DNA of 64,000 nucleotides from Dictyostelium discoideum (Eukaryota): NCBI GenBank assembly GCA_000004695.1, contig CM000151.3, positions 2,976,001 to 3,040,000 of the forward strand, read 5' to 3'. Shown piece by piece: positions 62,057 to 64,000 of this stretch (position 1 is its first letter; each line of letters starts with the position of its first letter). The notes under the pieces were generated by a model. It saw only the letters and a program-made list of their open reading frames with translations, ran no database searches and was not told where the DNA came from. The position numbers and the translations under genes were made by a program.

Positions 62057-63514
62057 TTATTCAGTAACTAATGAATGATCTTGAATAATTTTAATACTAA
62101 TACTAATTGTTAAAGAATTATTTGAAAAGAAACCATTTTGACTTTTATTTTCAATCCATTTGAACCAACCATTACCATTGTTATTGATGAAATTATTTGT
62201 ATGAGTATTTTTATAATTTTTAGTGGGGTCAATATTTTTAGCTTCTAAACTATATTTTACAAGTGATGGACGATCATAAATTTTATAGAGGAAAATACTT
62301 AGAAAACCTTTAACCTCATTGTTACCATTTGGGTAGAGCATGATAAAGAATTTAGAAGAACCAATTTGAAAGAATGGACTATTTAAACTCTTTGATATTG
62401 GATATTCACGTAATTTACGATCCCAATTATTGATTACCCATTTCCCTTTATAAACATTATTACCACTGCCACCACCACCACCACCACCACATTCATGTGG
62501 TTTACTATTTATTACAGTTGAATTTACAGTACTCTCTAAATAAAATAATCTTTTTTCCAAATCTCTATTTTGTTTTTCTAATTTTCTATAATCTTGATTA
62601 CATTCATCCAATTGAAGTTTATGTAAATCCATAACATTTTGAATATAAAAGATATGATTATTATTTTCAGATAAATGTTGAGAAAGTTGTGAACGAAGGA
62701 ATCTTTTATTACAACCACCTGCTTTGTAGAGACATGAAATCTCCTCCATTGGACAATCGGTTTCTAAATGATGATTCATTAATTTTTTACCAATGGATGC
62801 TGAACATTTACTACATGTGATCATAAGAGTGTCACATTCACTCTCGATATGTTTATTTAATTTCTTTCTCTCTATTAATTCTGAACATTTCTCGCATTGA
62901 ATCAAAGAGTAATCGCATACCGATTGATTGTGATGTTCAATTTGATTCTTTCTAATAATATATTTACATTTGTTTGAATTGTTTGGACACTTTATAAATT
63001 GATATTGACATTCTTTCAAATGATGCTCCAATAATTCTACCTTTAAAATCTCTGGACATCCATTCTCACAATGAACTGCCTCTCCTTGAAATTTACTTTC
63101 TTTAAATTTATTTGGACATATCACTTTTAATGCACGAAATGCATTCTCTAAAAATATATTACGAGATAATTCACTTGGTAAAGTTTTAACTTTACAACTT
63201 GGACATTCTTGTTTAATTGATAATTGACGATTCCAACTTTAAAATAAAATTAATAATTAATAATTTTATTTTATTTTATTTTATTTTATTTTATTTTATC
63301 TTATTAAAAAAAAAATAAAAAAATAAAATACTACTACATACCATTCGTGACAAGAAATATGACCATTTCTACATTGTAAAACATCAAATGATAAGGTTTC
63401 TTTTTTAAAATCAATGACACTATTAAAACAAATTTGACATTGAAATGGTGTTAAATCATCTGAATTTACAATAATATCATCAATTAAATAATCTAAATTT
63501 ATTTTTTTATCCAT
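62057..63514 (-). CDS. Right-arm mirror copy of the RING/TRAF/MATH gene; exons 63342..63514 and 62057..63236
   Basis: Exact mirror (79786-x) of 16272..17729; identical translations in the ORF track. Confidence 0.75.
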
Positions 63515-64000
63515 TTTAATATTATTTATATTTATATTTATATTTATATTTATATTTATATTTATATTTATTTATTTATATTTATATATATTTATTTATA
63601 TTTTTATTTTTATTCTTATTTTTATTTTTTTATTTATTTGTATATTTATTTATTATTTGTATATTATTTGTATATTTATTTATAAATTAATTTATTTATT
63701 TGTATATTTATATTTTATTTATTTTATTTATTTGAATAAAGATTGTATATGTTTCTATATGGAAAAAAAATAAAATAAAAAAAATGAAAAAAAAAAGTAA
63801 TATTTATAATCAAATAATATTACAATATATTAAGTACAATGCGTGATGTGGTTTGTTTTATATAAAAAATTTAAAAAGAAAAAAAAAAAAATGAAATTTA
63901 TAAAAAAAAAATAAAAAAAAAAATTAAAAATCTTTTCTTGGTTTTTTAAAAACAATAAAAAAAAAAAATAAAAAAAAAAATAAAATAAAAATAAAAAAAA

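Overview
AT-rich (~78% A+T) eukaryotic nuclear DNA with Dictyostelium discoideum hallmarks: poly-A/T tracts, (AAT)n/(CAA)n microsatellites encoding poly-N/Q, short AT-rich introns with GT..AG boundaries, and recognisable Dictyostelium orthologues (alpha-adaptin ap2a1, Abp1/abpE, Nit1, TFIIE-alpha, RPC8). The dominant feature is a giant near-perfect inverted duplication (palindrome). Every position x from 15786 to 39703 is the reverse complement of position 79786-x (40083..64000). The symmetry axis is at 39893 and a 379-bp unique spacer (39704..40082) separates the arms. The spacer is simply the continuation of the left-arm sequence, so the right arm is a fold-back copy joined at 40082|40083. 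The junction lies inside a coding sequence. I believe this is the centre of the AX3/AX4 chromosome-2 inverted duplication (~0.75-Mb arms). Each arm carries the same 11 genes: a RING/TRAF/MATH gene, a TRAF-like gene, a GldA-type glycerol dehydrogenase, ap2a1 (7 exons), a 281-aa multipass membrane ORF, a TMEM53/DUF829-like gene, a TM+DUF229 gene, and three paralogues of a lineage-specific family with amphipathic beta-hairpin (aerolysin-like pore-former) character. A fourth family member is interrupted by the duplication junction. The unique left 15.8 kb encodes a CAP/SCP-like secreted protein (partial), TFIIE-alpha, RPC8, a small TM protein, Nit1, Abp1 (abpE), a hypothetical protein, an HPPD-like dioxygenase and a 4-exon hypothetical gene. 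No rRNA, tRNA, CRISPR or intact transposon was found. The arms are identical in every ORF pair, including homopolymer lengths, except for a cluster of 4 substitutions within 12 bp inside ap2a1. Several gene models correct or extend the supplied ORF track by adding introns and upstream exons.
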